From: Macrostomum hystrix
Lineage: Eukaryota > Animalia > Platyhelminthes
DNA: 64,000 nucleotides
Reading direction: 5' to 3'
Assembly: GCA_950097015.1 (NCBI GenBank)
Contig: CATNEN010000005.1
Location: 930,001 to 994,000 of the forward strand
Shown here piece after piece: positions 12,601 through 24,556 of this stretch. Within the stretch, counting starts at the first letter, position 1. Every line of letters begins with the position of its first letter. Under the pieces are notes generated by a model. It made no database searches, was not told the DNA's origin, and worked only from the letters and a program-made list of their open reading frames with translations. Made by a program: the position numbers and the translations under genes.

Positions 12601-13496
12601 GAAGGAGGAGAAACTAGAGAGAGTAGGGTGGAAGAAGGAGAAAGTAGTGAGAGTAGGGTGGAAGGAGGAGAAAGTAAAGAGAGTAGGGTGGAAGGAGGAG
12701 AAAGTAGAGAGAGTAGGGTGGAAGGAGGAGAAAGTAAAGAGAGTAGGGTGGAAGGAGGAGAAACTAGAGAGAGTAGAGTGGAAGGAGGAGAAAGTAGATA
12801 AAGTATGGTGGAAGGAGGAGAAAGTGGAGAGAGTAGGGTGGAAGTAGGAGAAAGTAGAGAGAGTAGGGTGGAAGTAGGAGAAAGTAGATAAAGTAGGGTG
12901 GAAGTAAGAGAAAGTAGAGAGAGTAGGGTGGAAGAAGGAGAAAGTAGAGAGAGTAGGGTGGAAGGAGGAGAAAGTAGAGAGAGTAGGGTGGAAGGAGGAG
13001 AAAGTAGAGAGAGTAGGGTGGAAGGAGGAGAAAGTAGAGAGAGTAGGGTGGAAGGAGGAGAAACTAGAGAGAGTAGGGTGGAAGGAGGAGAAACTAGAGA
13101 GAGTAGGGTGGAAGAAGGAGAAAGTAGTGAGAGTAGGGTGGAAGGAGGAGAAAGTAAAGAGAGTAGGGTGGAAGGAGGAGAAAGTAGAGAGAGTAGGGTG
13201 GAAGGAGGAGAAAGTAAAGAGAGTAGGGTGGAAGGAGGAGAAACTAGAGAGAGTAGAGTGGAAGGAGGAGAAAGTAGATAAAGTATGGTGGAAGGAGGAG
13301 AAAGTGGAGAGAGTAGGGTGGAAGTAGGAGAAAGTAGAGAGAGTAGGGTGGAAGTAGGAGAAAGTAGATAAAGTAGGGTGGAAGTAAGAGAAAGTAGAGA
13401 GAGTAGGGTGGAAGAAGGAGAAAGTAGAGAGAGTAGGGTGGAAGGAGGAGAAAGTAGATAAATTAGGGTGGAAGGAGGAGAAAGTAGAGAGAGTAG
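9650..13496. repeat. 30-bp minisatellite (GAAGGAGGAGAAAGTAGAGAGAGTAGGGTG), ~128 units
   Basis: Exact 30-bp period visible in the register of the sequence lines. Confidence 0.97.
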
Positions 13497-13734
13497 TAAT
13501 CAGAGACGAGAATCATGAGTAAGTTGGACTTTTGTATTATTAATGCATTAGTACATCTTGCTCGTGTATATTTAATAATCTAATTCTCAGAAACGAAGAG
13601 TTATGCTCACTATGCTAACAGCGGATACCGCGTAACCATGGCAACAACAGCCAATAGGAGCAGCTGAGAGAACCGATGCAACCAAATAAGCTATGGGTTG
13701 AACCGACAAGCTTAAATTCCTCACTCTTAGCTTC

Positions 13735-15500
13735 CAGCCTTCCATTCACTCTACCAGTCTTACATTCACTCTGCCAGTCTTACATTCACTCTGCCAGCCT
13801 TCCATTCACTCTGCCAGCCTTCCATTCCCTCAGCCAGCCTTCCATTCACTCTGCCAGCCATCCATTCACTCTACCAGTCTTACATTCACTCTGCCAGTCT
13901 TACATTCACTCTGCCAGCCTTCCATTCACTCTGCCAGCCTTCCATTCCCTCAGCCAGCCTTCCATTCACTCTGCCAGCCATCCATTCACTCTACCAGTCT
14001 TACATTCACTCTGCCAGTCTTACATTCACTCTGCCAGCCTTCCATTCCCTCAGCCAGCCTTCCATTCACTCTGCCAGCCTTCCATTCCCTCAGCCAGCCT
14101 TCCATTCACTCTGCCAGCCTTCCATTCACTCAGCCAGCCTTCCATTCACTCTGCCAGCCTTCCATTCACTCTGCCAGCCTTCCATTCACTCTGCCAGCCA
14201 TCCATTCACTCTGCCAGCCTTCCATTCACTCTGCCAGCCATCCATTCACTCTGCCAGCCATCCATTCACTCTGCCAGCCATCCATTCACTCTGCCAGCCA
14301 TCCATTCACTCTGCCAGCCTTCCATTCACTCTGCCAGCCATCCATTCACTCTGCCAGCCATCCATTCACTCTGCCAGCCATCCATTCACTCTGCCAGCCT
14401 ACCATTCACTCTGCCAGCCTTCCATTCCCTCAGCCAGCCTTCCATTCACTCTGCCAGCCATCCATTCACTCTGCCAGCCTTCCATTCACTCTGCCAGCCA
14501 TCCATTCACTCTGCCAGCCTTCCATTCACTCTGCCAGCCTTCCATTCACTCTGCCAGCCTTCCATTCACTCTGCCAGCCATCCATTCACTCTGCCAGCCT
14601 TCCATTCCCTCTGCCAGCCTTCCATTCACTCTGCCAGCCTTCCATTCACTCTGCCAGCCTTCCATTCACTCTGCCAGCCTTCCATTCACTCTGCCAGCCA
14701 TCCATTCACTCTGCCAGCCTTCCATTCCCTCTGCCAGCCTTCCATTCACTCTGCCAGCCATCCATTCACTCTGCCAGCCTTCCATTCCCTCTGCCAGCCT
14801 TCCATTCACTCTGCCAGCCTTCCATTCACTCTGCCAGCCTTCCATTCACTCTGCCAGCCATCCATTCACTCTGCCAGCCTTCCATTCACTCTGCCAGCCT
14901 TCCATTCACTCTGCCAGCCTTCCATTCACTCTGCCAGCCTTCCATTCACTCTGCCAGCCATCCATTCACTCTGCCAGCCATCCATTCACTCTGCCAGCCT
15001 ACCATTCACTCTGCCAGCCTTCCATTCCCTCAGCCAGCCTTCCATTCACTCTGCCAGCCATCCATTCACTCTGCCAGCCTTCCATTCACTCTGCCAGCCA
15101 TCCATTCACTCTGCCAGCCTTCCATTCACTCTGCCAGCCTTCCATTCACTCTGCCAGCCTTCCATTCACTCTGCCAGCCATCCATTCACTCTGCCAGCCT
15201 TCCATTCCCTCTGCCAGCCTTCCATTCACTCTGCCAGCCTTCCATTCACTCTGCCAGCCTTCCATTCACTCTGCCAGCCTTCCATTCACTCTGCCAGCCA
15301 TCCATTCACTCTGCCAGCCTTCCATTCCCTCTGCCAGCCTTCCATTCACTCTGCCAGCCATCCATTCACTCTGCCAGCCTTCCATTCCCTCTGCCAGCCT
15401 TCCATTCACTCTGCCAGCCTTCCATTCACTCTGCCAGCCTTCCATTCACTCTGCCAGCCTTCCATTCACTCTGCCAGCCTTCCATTCACTCTGCCAGTCT
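13735..15500. repeat. 20-bp minisatellite (TCCATTCACTCTGCCAGCCT), ~88 units
   Basis: Exact 20-bp period. Confidence 0.97.
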
Positions 15501-15947
15501 TCCCTCCATTGACAAGTCCACTGCAGTGTCAGACCAGAGTGACTTCATAATCCTATTCACATAATTAATTTTTTCGCTCCGTTCAGCAGTAAAGCAGGGT
15601 AAGCATCAGTACAAGGTCAGAATCAAGCCTTTCATTACGAGCGTAAAACTGTAATGCGAGTATAAAATCTTTTTTTTTAAATGAAAAAGCTTTTTTTAGT
15701 TCACTAACTGTCGATCGAGTGAAGTTTGGCTAAAAGATTTTTAAGATCTTTTTTAGGTGACCTAGCGATACGATTTAAATTTGAATCAAGTAAATCTTTG
15801 ATGAAAATAAGAGCAAAGTTTTTACCTTGAATTTTAACAAGAGGGAAATTGAAAAACTTTTATCTTATTCAGAACTGTACCTGCACTATAAGATTTCACT
15901 AGGCTAATCCTTTTTCGACTTAATGTTAACACAGAGTGATAATTATT

Positions 15948-17192
15948 GATAGATTAGGGATTTAGGCGACATCACCATAGATTAGGGATTTGGGTGACAT
16001 CACCATAGATTAGGGATTTGGGTGACATCACCATAGATTAGGGATTTGGGTGACATCACCATAGATTAGTGATTTGGGTGACATCACCATAGATTAGGGA
16101 TTTGGGTGACATCACCATAGATTAGGGATTTGGGTGACATCACCATAGATTAGGGATTTGGGTGACATCACCATAGATTAGGGATTTGGGTGACATCACC
16201 ATAGATTAGGGATTTGGGTGACATCACCATAGATTAGGGATTTGGGTGACATCACCATAGATTAGGGATTTGGGTGACATCACCATAGATTAGGGATTTG
16301 GGTGACATCACCATAGATTAGGGATTTGGGTGACATCACCATAGATTAGGGATTTTGGTGACATCACCATAGATTAGGGATTTAGACGACATCACCATAG
16401 ATTAGGGATTTGTGTGACATCACCATAGATTAGGGATTTGGGTGACATCACCATAGATTAGGGATTTGGGTGACATCACCATAGATTAGGGATTTGGGTG
16501 ACATCACCATAGATTAGTGATTTGGGTGACATCACCATAGATTAGGGATTTGGGTGACATCACCATAGATTAGGGATTTGGGTGACATCACCATAGATTA
16601 GTGATTTGCGTGACATCACCATAGATTAGGGTTTTGGGTGACATCACCATAGATTAGGGATTTGGGTGACATCACCATAGATTAGGGATTTGGGTGACAT
16701 CACCATAGATTAGGGATTTGGGTGACATCACCATAGATTAGTGATTTGGGTGACATCACCATAGATTAGGGATTTGGGTGACATCACCATAGATTAGGGA
16801 TTTGGGTGACATCACCATAGATTAGTGATTTGCGTGACATCACCATAGATTAGGGTTTTGGGTGACATCACCATAGATTAGGGATTTGGGTGACGTCACC
16901 ATAGATTAGGGATTTGGGTGACATCACCATAGAATAGGGATTTGGGTGACATCACCATAGATTAGGGATTTGGGTGACATCACCATAGATTAGTGATTTG
17001 GGTGACATCACCATAGATTAGTGATTTGGGTGACATCACCATAGATTAGCGATTTGCGTGACATCACCATAGATTAGGGATTTGGGTGACATCACCATAG
17101 ATTAGGGATTTGGGTGACATCACCATAGATTAGTGATTTGCGTGACATCACCATAGATTAGGGATTTGGGTGAGATAAGGGATTTGGGTGAC
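15948..17192. repeat. 28-bp minisatellite (ATAGATTAGGGATTTGGGTGACATCACC), ~43 units
   Basis: Period 28 (ATAG at 15977, 16005, ...). Confidence 0.95.
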
Positions 17193-17727
17193 ATTGGGCG
17201 CTCAAGAGGAAACTTAAAACGAAGCATTTTCCTTCCAGCTAGTTGTCGTGTTTGCATACCGCCGTCAAATGCGGTCATCGTAAGGTCGAGAGGCACGTAA
17301 AGGAGAGACACTTGGCGTCACCTCCCGCACATACGATTTGCAAGTAGAGATTTTTTCCTCAAATCACAGTCTCCAAGCTAGGCTGCTAATATTGCCTTAT
17401 CCTTATTTACAAGGCGGCAAAGCCTACTTGATCTGGGTTAGGGTCGGCTGTTTGTGTAATTGAATTCAACAGTGTACAGCATTCCGCCATCAGTCACGAC
17501 CGTGACCCGAAGCGCAGTTCGTAGTGGCTCGCGATAAAGCAAGTGCCCTTGGAAAATATGTGATTGAGTTAAGTGCTTGCTTTAGCCAACACATAAACTT
17601 GTGCTATTTTTAGATATTATTACCTAACTAGTTTAACCACATAACACCTTTCTGTTTAGTAATTTTTCTCTTAATTTCCTACAGTTTTTTTTACTATTTT
17701 CCTCTCAACTTCCCTAAATATCCCCAA

Positions 17728-18540
17728 CAGTTTCCTAATTATCCCTTCCAGTTTCCTAATTGTCCCTTCCAGTTTCCTAATTGTCCCTTCCAGTTTCCTA
17801 ATTGTCCCTTCCAGTTTCCTAATTATCCCTTCCAGTTTCCTAATTGTCCCTTCCAGTTTCCTAATTATCCTTAACAGTTTCCTAATTGTCCCTTCCAGTT
17901 TCCTAATTATCCTTAACAGTTTCCTAATTATCCTTAACAGTTTCCTAATTATCCCTTCCAGTTTCCTAATTGTCCCTTCCAGTTTCCTAATTATCCCTTC
18001 CAGTTTCCTTATTATCCTTAACAGTTTCCTAATTATACCTTCCAGTTTCCTAATTATCCCTTCCAGTTTCTTAATTGTCCCTGCCAGTTTCCTAATTATC
18101 CTTAACAGTTTCCTAATTATCCCTTCCAGTTTCTTAATTGTCCCTGCCAGTTTCCTAATTATACCTTCCAGTTTCCTAATTATCCCTTCCAGTTTCTTAA
18201 TTGTCCCTGCCAGTTTCCTAATTATCCTTAACAGTTTCCTAATTATCCCTTCCAGTTTCCTAATTGTCCCTTCCAGTTTCCTAATTATCCCTTCCAGTTT
18301 CCTAATTATCCTTAACAGTTTCCTAATTGTCCCTTCCAGTTTCCTAATTGTCCTTAACAGTTTCCTAATTGTCCCTTCCAGTTTCCTAATTATCCTTAAC
18401 AGTTTCCTAATTATCCCTTCCAGTTTCCTAATTGTCCCTTCCAGTTTCCTAATTATCCTTTTACAGTTTCCGAACTATCCCTTCAAGTTTCCTAATTATC
18501 CTCTCCATATTCCTAATTATCCCCACCAGTTTCCTTATTA
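17728..18540. repeat. 21-bp minisatellite (CAGTTTCCTAATTATCCCTTC)
   Basis: Period 21 with variant units. Confidence 0.95.
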
Positions 18541-18579
18541 TCAATCCTATTTTTTAAGCATTGTTATATCTAATTTAGA

Positions 18580-18830
18580 TAGCTTGTGGCCTAGTAGTTA
18601 GAGCTTCGGATATGTGACCTAGAAGAGTTCGGGAGTTCGAATCTCACCAAGGAAAATTATTTACGTCCTCGAGCAAGATACGTCACACCTTTGTGTTTCA
18701 GTTCACCAAGCTGGAACATTCATGCAAGCGGTCAACTGGGGCAAAAATTCTACTAGGTTCATTCTGCCATCACCTGTCCATGGACTGAACAGCTGTACAC
18801 ATCATTTGAAAGTGGTGCGCATTGGCAACG
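18580..18830 (+). mobile_element. SINE family B, diverged copy
   Basis: tRNA-like head (GTGGCCTAGTAGTTAGAGC...GTTCGAATCTC) and CCATGGACTGAACAGCTGTAC shared with 35571-35850. Confidence 0.55.
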
Positions 18831-20207
18831 GCATTGCCAATGGCATATATTATTTTATTTCTTTATTTATAATCGATAGAAAAAAATTGAATTGAATATT
18901 TCTCATGCAAATTTAATTTTTTTCTGTAACAATAAAATAAAAACTTCGTATTTCCAGACAATGTCTTTCTAAACACTTTAGAAAGTGTTTCACAGTGTTC
19001 CACTGTAAGCATTGGTCGGCAAGATAAATAGTTTACTTTAGTGTCTAGCACATGGCTATTACTCATTACAGGATTAAAATATTAGCAAATTACTCCAAGA
19101 AAAAAGTCCATGGACATGCTTGAAGAAAATAGAAATGGTCTTTGTAAATTATTAGCTCGCAAATTGTTGTTTAAAAATTTAGTTACAAGCAAACGCGATG
19201 GAGAAGCATATAATGTTTTGAGAAAATGTAAAGCCTAAATTCAATATACACACGGAAAAGGGAATTTGCATAGCAACCGATGCAAACACAAGTTCAAACA
19301 ATATATATAGAGGCAACATTGAAATAAGATATTAATTCGATAGTATAATTAGCATATCAGATAGAATATAACATTATCATCTCATTCTTTTCAGAAAAAA
19401 TGGAGCAAATTGAGACACGCACACAGCCTTCAGCAATTCCTCCAGTGTGACTTGTTAGGACAGAGAAAGTATCTGAGTACGGTTTTGCAGCTTCCGGGCA
19501 TTCTGTTGGCTGCTCAAAGTTCTCACGCGTTGAGCTGGTAGCAGGCTGGTGGCATGCTTTCATATGATAAGACACTTTTTCTTTTATGAGTTGGTATGAG
19601 GGCTTGGCAGGTGACGGTTGCTGGGGGCTAAGTGTACAGGCTGCTGCTGCTGCTGCTGCTAGTGATGATGAATATGCGGGTTAGAGAAAAATGTCAACGA
19701 TTTAAAAAGAAGCTAGATCCCTAGCTTGTGACTCTGAGGCACATTGGGGTTCGGGGGAAATTGAGGATGTGGATGCGGCAGATGCGGGGTTGAAGATGCT
19801 GAACAAGCTTTATTTCCTACCACCCCCCCCCCTAGATAGAACTGAGTGATGGAATAAACCTGCTGAAATGATATTTAGGCTTGCGGGGACTTTCTATCTA
19901 GCGAAGCTAATCTTTTTGAATTCAAGCAGCAAATTATAGCCTGAAGGAAAATTAAGTTTTCGCCTGAGCTAACAGGTGCAACACATGCGGATAACGTTTT
20001 TACCGTTATTTAGCAATTTTATGCAATTAATTGAATCGAAAATTGACACTCGTTAAGCCTTTGAATTTCTAACAAGTTTACTTTTCATACTCGTAACCAA
20101 ATCAAGGTTCTGTGCACTTTCTTAGAAAATTTTAATATCAGACTAAGAGTTGCAGGAATAAAGAGCCCAGGCAGCGACATAGATGGCTGACTGAGCGCTG
20201 GGTCAGG

Positions 20208-20770
20208 GAGTGAGGTGGCTGTTATACTAAGGGGGTGGCAGGTTTGGGAGTGAGGTGGCTGTTATACTAAGGGGGTGGCAGGTTTGGGAGTGAGGTGGCT
20301 GTTGGATTGAGGGGTGCGGGGCAGAGAGTGAGGTGGCTGTCGGATTGAGGGATGCAGGGCAGGGAGTGAGGTGGCTGTTGGATTGAGGGATGCAGGGCAG
20401 GGAGTGAGTTTACTGTTGGGTTGAGGGTGCAGGGCGGGGAGTGAGGTGGCTGTTGGATTGAGCGGTGCAGGGCAGGGAGTGAGGTGGCTGTTGGATTGAG
20501 CGGTGCGAGGCAGGGAGTGAGGTGGCTGTTGGATTGAGCGGTGCAGGGCAGGGAGTGAGGTGGCTGTTGGATTGAGCGGTGCGAGGCAGGGAGTGAGGTG
20601 GCTGTTGGATTGAGCGGTGCAGGGCAGGGAGTGAGGTGGCTGTTGGATTGAGCGGTGCGGGGCAGGAAGTGAGGTGGCTGTTGGATTGAGCGTTGCGGGG
20701 CAGGGAGTGAGGTTGCTGTGAGCCTGCAGGCCTGATAGTCTGATATCGTGTCTGGGTGTGAGGTGGTTGT
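20208..20770. repeat. 38-bp minisatellite (GGGAGTGAGGTGGCTGTTGGATTGAGCGGTGCAGGGCA)
   Basis: Period 38 in the core. Confidence 0.9.
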
Positions 20771-21193
20771 TGGACTGAGGGTCTTAAACTCGGTTTTTCA
20801 ATATCTTATCGGCTTTTTTTAAACGAAAAGCTTTAATATAACAAAATCATTTTTGGAGGCTCTACCGAAACTAACAGAGTTTGATTTCCACTTAGAAGTT
20901 GGGGGAGGGACGGAAATAAAAAGGCATTAGCCGCGATGAAATATTTTTTCAATGAGACTACAACGCAATCTAGTAATTGAACGTTAAGAGCAAGAAAATG
21001 ATGAGAATGAGATCGAGCGGGCTATTGCGGGCAGTTATCAGAACAGAGCAGATTATTCATCAACCTGTCATCGCTTCTCATCAGAATTCAGCACACGTTC
21101 TCCGAATTGGCCCACTGGGCAATAGCTTAGTGATGCATGGAATACGAAAGCTAGGCGGGGAAGAAGTCGCTGAGGAATGGCAATTAGAGAGCA

Positions 21194-22006
21194 TCAGAGT
21201 TCAGAGGCGCGCACTCTCCGATAATGTGGCTGCTGTTGCTGCTGCTGCTGTTGCTGCCGGCGGGGGGTTAACGCATCATTTGCGGAAGCATCGGACGTAG
21301 CCGAGGCATTGGCCAATGTGGTGCCATCGTTCTGTCCTGTTGGCTTGGCCGATGCTCGCCTGCTGTAGATGTAGACGAACTCAACGATTTCCACCACGCA
21401 CGCGCAAGTCAGACCGATGGTGAGCGAGCACAGACCTCCGATCTGTGACATCAGCGCGTTCAGCGTCAGTACCTGCTTCTCTTCTTTCAGTATGAGATTT
21501 TCGCTCTTGCGTTTCAGTACAACGTAGGCAAAGTTCTTCGATTCGACCATGTCCTCAACCTGGCCATTGTTGTCGCCGACTGTGGACAGATTCTCCTGAC
21601 TCAGGTATCGCATAAGTCTCCTCCGGACCGCGGCGAAACGTTCTGGCAGGTTGCGCAGCGCGCCAGTTCGCCCAGCTGCCGCGGCTTCGTTTCGCTCCTC
21701 GATGAGGCTGCTGAGATCTTCGATGTCGTTGACGAACTTCCCGGACCAGTAGACCTGCCAGTCGGTCGCGCCCCAGTAGGTGACGGACAATTTCGTCTCA
21801 TACTCAGTGAGGATACACCTGGGCAGACAGGCTGCGTCCGTCAGACTGCTTATGACGCTGACGAAGCACTCCAGCTGTTTGAGAAAGTCGGCGAATGTCT
21901 TGTTAAAGGCGCTGGTGAATGAAGCGCAGTAAGGCATAGCCTTGCTGGGCGTCTGCGGTCTGGGATATCCCGGGAGGCCGATGATGCAATTGCAGCGCTG
22001 CATCAC
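21194..22006 (-). CDS. DEG/ENaC (amiloride-sensitive channel family) subunit, last coding exon: Cys-rich region, TM2, poly-Q tail
   Basis: RCNC..C..C..C....C...C..TEY cysteine pattern, W(Q)VYW, LMSQIGGLCSLTIGLTCACVVEIVEFV TM2; acceptor CCCTCCCAG| at 22007. Confidence 0.88.
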   Translation of the reverse strand: MMQRCNCIIGLPGYPRPQTPSKAMPYCASFTSAFNKTFADFLKQLECFVSVISSLTDAACLPRCILTEYETKLSVTYWGATDWQVYWSGKFVNDIEDLSSLIEERNEAAAAGRTGALRNLPERFAAVRRRLMRYLSQENLSTVGDNNGQVEDMVESKNFAYVVLKRKSENLILKEEKQVLTLNALMSQIGGLCSLTIGLTCACVVEIVEFVYIYSRRASAKPTGQNDGTTLANASATSDASANDALTPRRQQQQQQQQQPHYRRVRASEL

Positions 22007-22551
22007 CTGGGAGGGATCAGCGGGATCGTTGACGATTACAGGTTCATATATTCGACTAGCTTATAAACTTGGAAATAATTTCGTCGCAAATAATCCCATC
22101 AGTTGGGCAAAAAGTCCCCCCCCCTAATTTTTAAATCAATAATATTTGCAGGAGGCCTGTCTGCACGGGCACAACAAGTCTCCAGAGCCCACTCACGCAG
22201 GTGTGTACATCTGCCCTGACACTTTCATCGGCAACCAGTGCACACTCTCACTGCGTCTTGGAAGTTGGCCCACAAGGACGTGAATTGCCGACAAGCCAGC
22301 AAGCCTTCTCTCTGCGGCTGCGCCCTAAATAAATGTGGCCTCGCCATGAAATCGAGCCACGGCGACCAAGGTGCGAGAGGCAAACGCGTTAGACCACTCA
22401 GCCACTTAGCCGAAAAAATGAATGCAAAACCGGAACTTCAAAGTTTTCGAAGTTTTCAGAGGATCGAAAACTTTATCGAAAAATGTTCTCCTAACAGGCT
22501 AATTCCCGAGGCTCATCTGATAGACGCATCTGATTAGCACTGTAGTCTCAC

Positions 22552-23561
22552 CTGTTCTTGAGTATGCCTGTTAGTACACTCCCTCTGAGTATAGTGAAAC
22601 TCCCGACCCAGATCGGTGTAGGACTCTCCGCTCTTGATGCAAGGATTCACGGGCGTATTGCTGCGATTCCACAAGGTCGGTGTGTAGGCCAGTTCCGTCA
22701 TCTTGCCAGCCTCAATGTTCTTGCCAAAGTGTTCCACATTTGGATAGCGGTTCGGCTCGTGAATGACCACTCGAAGGCCGGTGGCTTGATCGAAAACGTC
22801 GTTCAAAAATCCCTGTTGGAAGTTGGTATAGTCGGGCCGTGGTCCCAGGTCGACCGCCATGCCGAGAAAGTAGGTTTCTATGGAAGATTTCTCGTTGCTA
22901 GGCTCCACAGTGTAACAGTTTAGATGCTTCGGGTGCGAGAAGAGCTTCGTACTGAAGCCGTACTCCGTCAGGTTGCAGGGATCCTTGAAGTAGCTGATTC
23001 CAGCCCTGTTCTTTAAGATGCACTTGCGAATTACACTCGGCTCGTGACTGAGCACAGTGAGATCGTGCAGCTGGATGTTCTGATAGTACACCTCCAGCAT
23101 GTCGTAGTACAGAGCGTACGATATCGGTTCGGTGCTGTCGATGCTCGAGAAGTCCTCCGTGCGGTTAATGACGCCAATAGCCCAGTCTCTTAACAACCTG
23201 TTGTATTCCCGCGGCGACAGAACAGTTCGGTTAGCCCATAGTTTGAAGGCTCGAGAAGAGAACGGCTGGTGCAAGCACACTGTGATAGCCGGGAATGGAG
23301 AGTCTTGATTCTGGATATCCGAGGTGTGCACAATGACGTCATACTGCAGATACGATCGCACCGATAGAGAGGCCGACACAATCAACACGAGGGTCATCAC
23401 AATGACAAAGGTGAGCCACATTTTGCGAAGAAAGTTAGACGAGGAGCGAGCAATTTTAGGCATGCCTCGAATTGAGCTGCACTCGCAGAACAGCATGGGT
23501 CCGCTGGAGCGTGGCGCGGAGCTGACTACCACCGATGATGACAATTCTGACTTTCGACCTC
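22552..23561 (-). CDS. DEG/ENaC subunit, internal exon: pre-TM1, TM1, extracellular domain
   Basis: FCECSSIRG, TM1 (MWLTFVIVMTLVLIVSASL), post-TM1 FPAITVCL, NCYT, GLRVVIHEPNRYP. Acceptor TTTTTCACAG| at 23562 and donor CAG|GTGAGA at 22551, in phase 0 with the next exon. Confidence 0.9.
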
Positions 23562-23794
23562 CTGTGAAAAATATTATGGGGCAACAGTGAGGCTTTGAAT
23601 GAATGCGACATTACGAGCTATTGGCTTTGTTAGTTACATGCAAGTAGCTTCAGATTCTGCGTAACTACAGGTTTGACTTTGACTCAAGCCAACCCGTTCA
23701 GTTCAATAACTCAAATAATCTGCCTGTCATCGCATACGTTCAGAAACTTCAGAACTTGTAGCTAGAAAATTTAGGTGCAGTTAAAGTAAACAGT

Positions 23795-24061
23795 ACAGTT
23801 GCTGTAATGCTACATTTCTCATGGCTTCACAGTTGCTGTAATGCTACATTTCTCATGGCTTCACAGTTGCTGTAATGCTACATTTCTCATGGCTTCACAG
23901 TTGCTGTAATGCTACATTTCTCATGGCTTCACAGTTGCTGTAATGCTACATTTCTCATGGCTTCACAGTTGCTGTAATGCTACATTTCTAATGGCTTCAC
24001 AGATGCTGTAATGCTACATTTCTCATGGCTTCACAGATGCTGTAATGCTACATTTCTCATG
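23795..24061. repeat. 34-bp minisatellite (GTTGCTGTAATGCTACATTTCTCATGGCTTCACA), ~8 units, intronic
   Basis: Period 34. Confidence 0.92.
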
Positions 24062-24556
24062 GGTGTCACATTATGTTTAGGACCATTGTCCAGTCGCGAA
24101 CAAAAAGTTAAACAATAAGAGATGATTCAACTATAGTAAATGGAACTAAAATGATGGATTAACTAGAATTACTCTAGACAGCAGATCTAGCTCACAGCAT
24201 AATTTATCGGACAATGAAAATCCGTTAATAAAAATGGATTTTTATACAATTATCCCAGCAATTCAAAATCCCCTGGCCAACAAAAAACGCAGTAACAACA
24301 ATATGAATATTTTTCAACCCATAGCCCTGTCACAGCCAACTTTTGACGGACAATAATTGAGCGAAACATCACCGGAAAATCTGTCTGATCGAGTAGTATC
24401 AGGTTTTCTGACATTTTTTTGCTGAAATCTAGTTATAATGATAGAATGATAGAATAATAAAATGATGAATCGGTTATCCAATTTGATAAAACAAAGCACT
24501 TTGCAAGTGAATAACCTGATGGGAAAAAAACTTTTTTTGTGGCACCAAACTTGCTT

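Noticed and set aside
9547-15550. Long ORFs of (ESRVEGGESR)n, (SSFHPTL)n and (HSASLPFTL)n
   Set aside because: They are translations of 30-bp and 20-bp minisatellites that lack stops by chance; there is no unique coding sequence or splice context.
15948-17192. True telomere or interstitial telomeric array
   Set aside because: TTAGGG occurs once per 28-bp unit, not as (TTAGGG)n, and genes flank both sides.
19357-19830. Possible exon(s) with a (CAG)n tract on the minus strand
   Set aside because: Stops occur in the candidate frames and no consistent splice phase with neighbouring genes was found.
22151-22200. Plus-strand mini-exon-like segment (TTTGCAG...CAG|GTGTGT) inside the DEG/ENaC intron
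   Set aside because: No partner exons were found; chance splice-like motifs are common.
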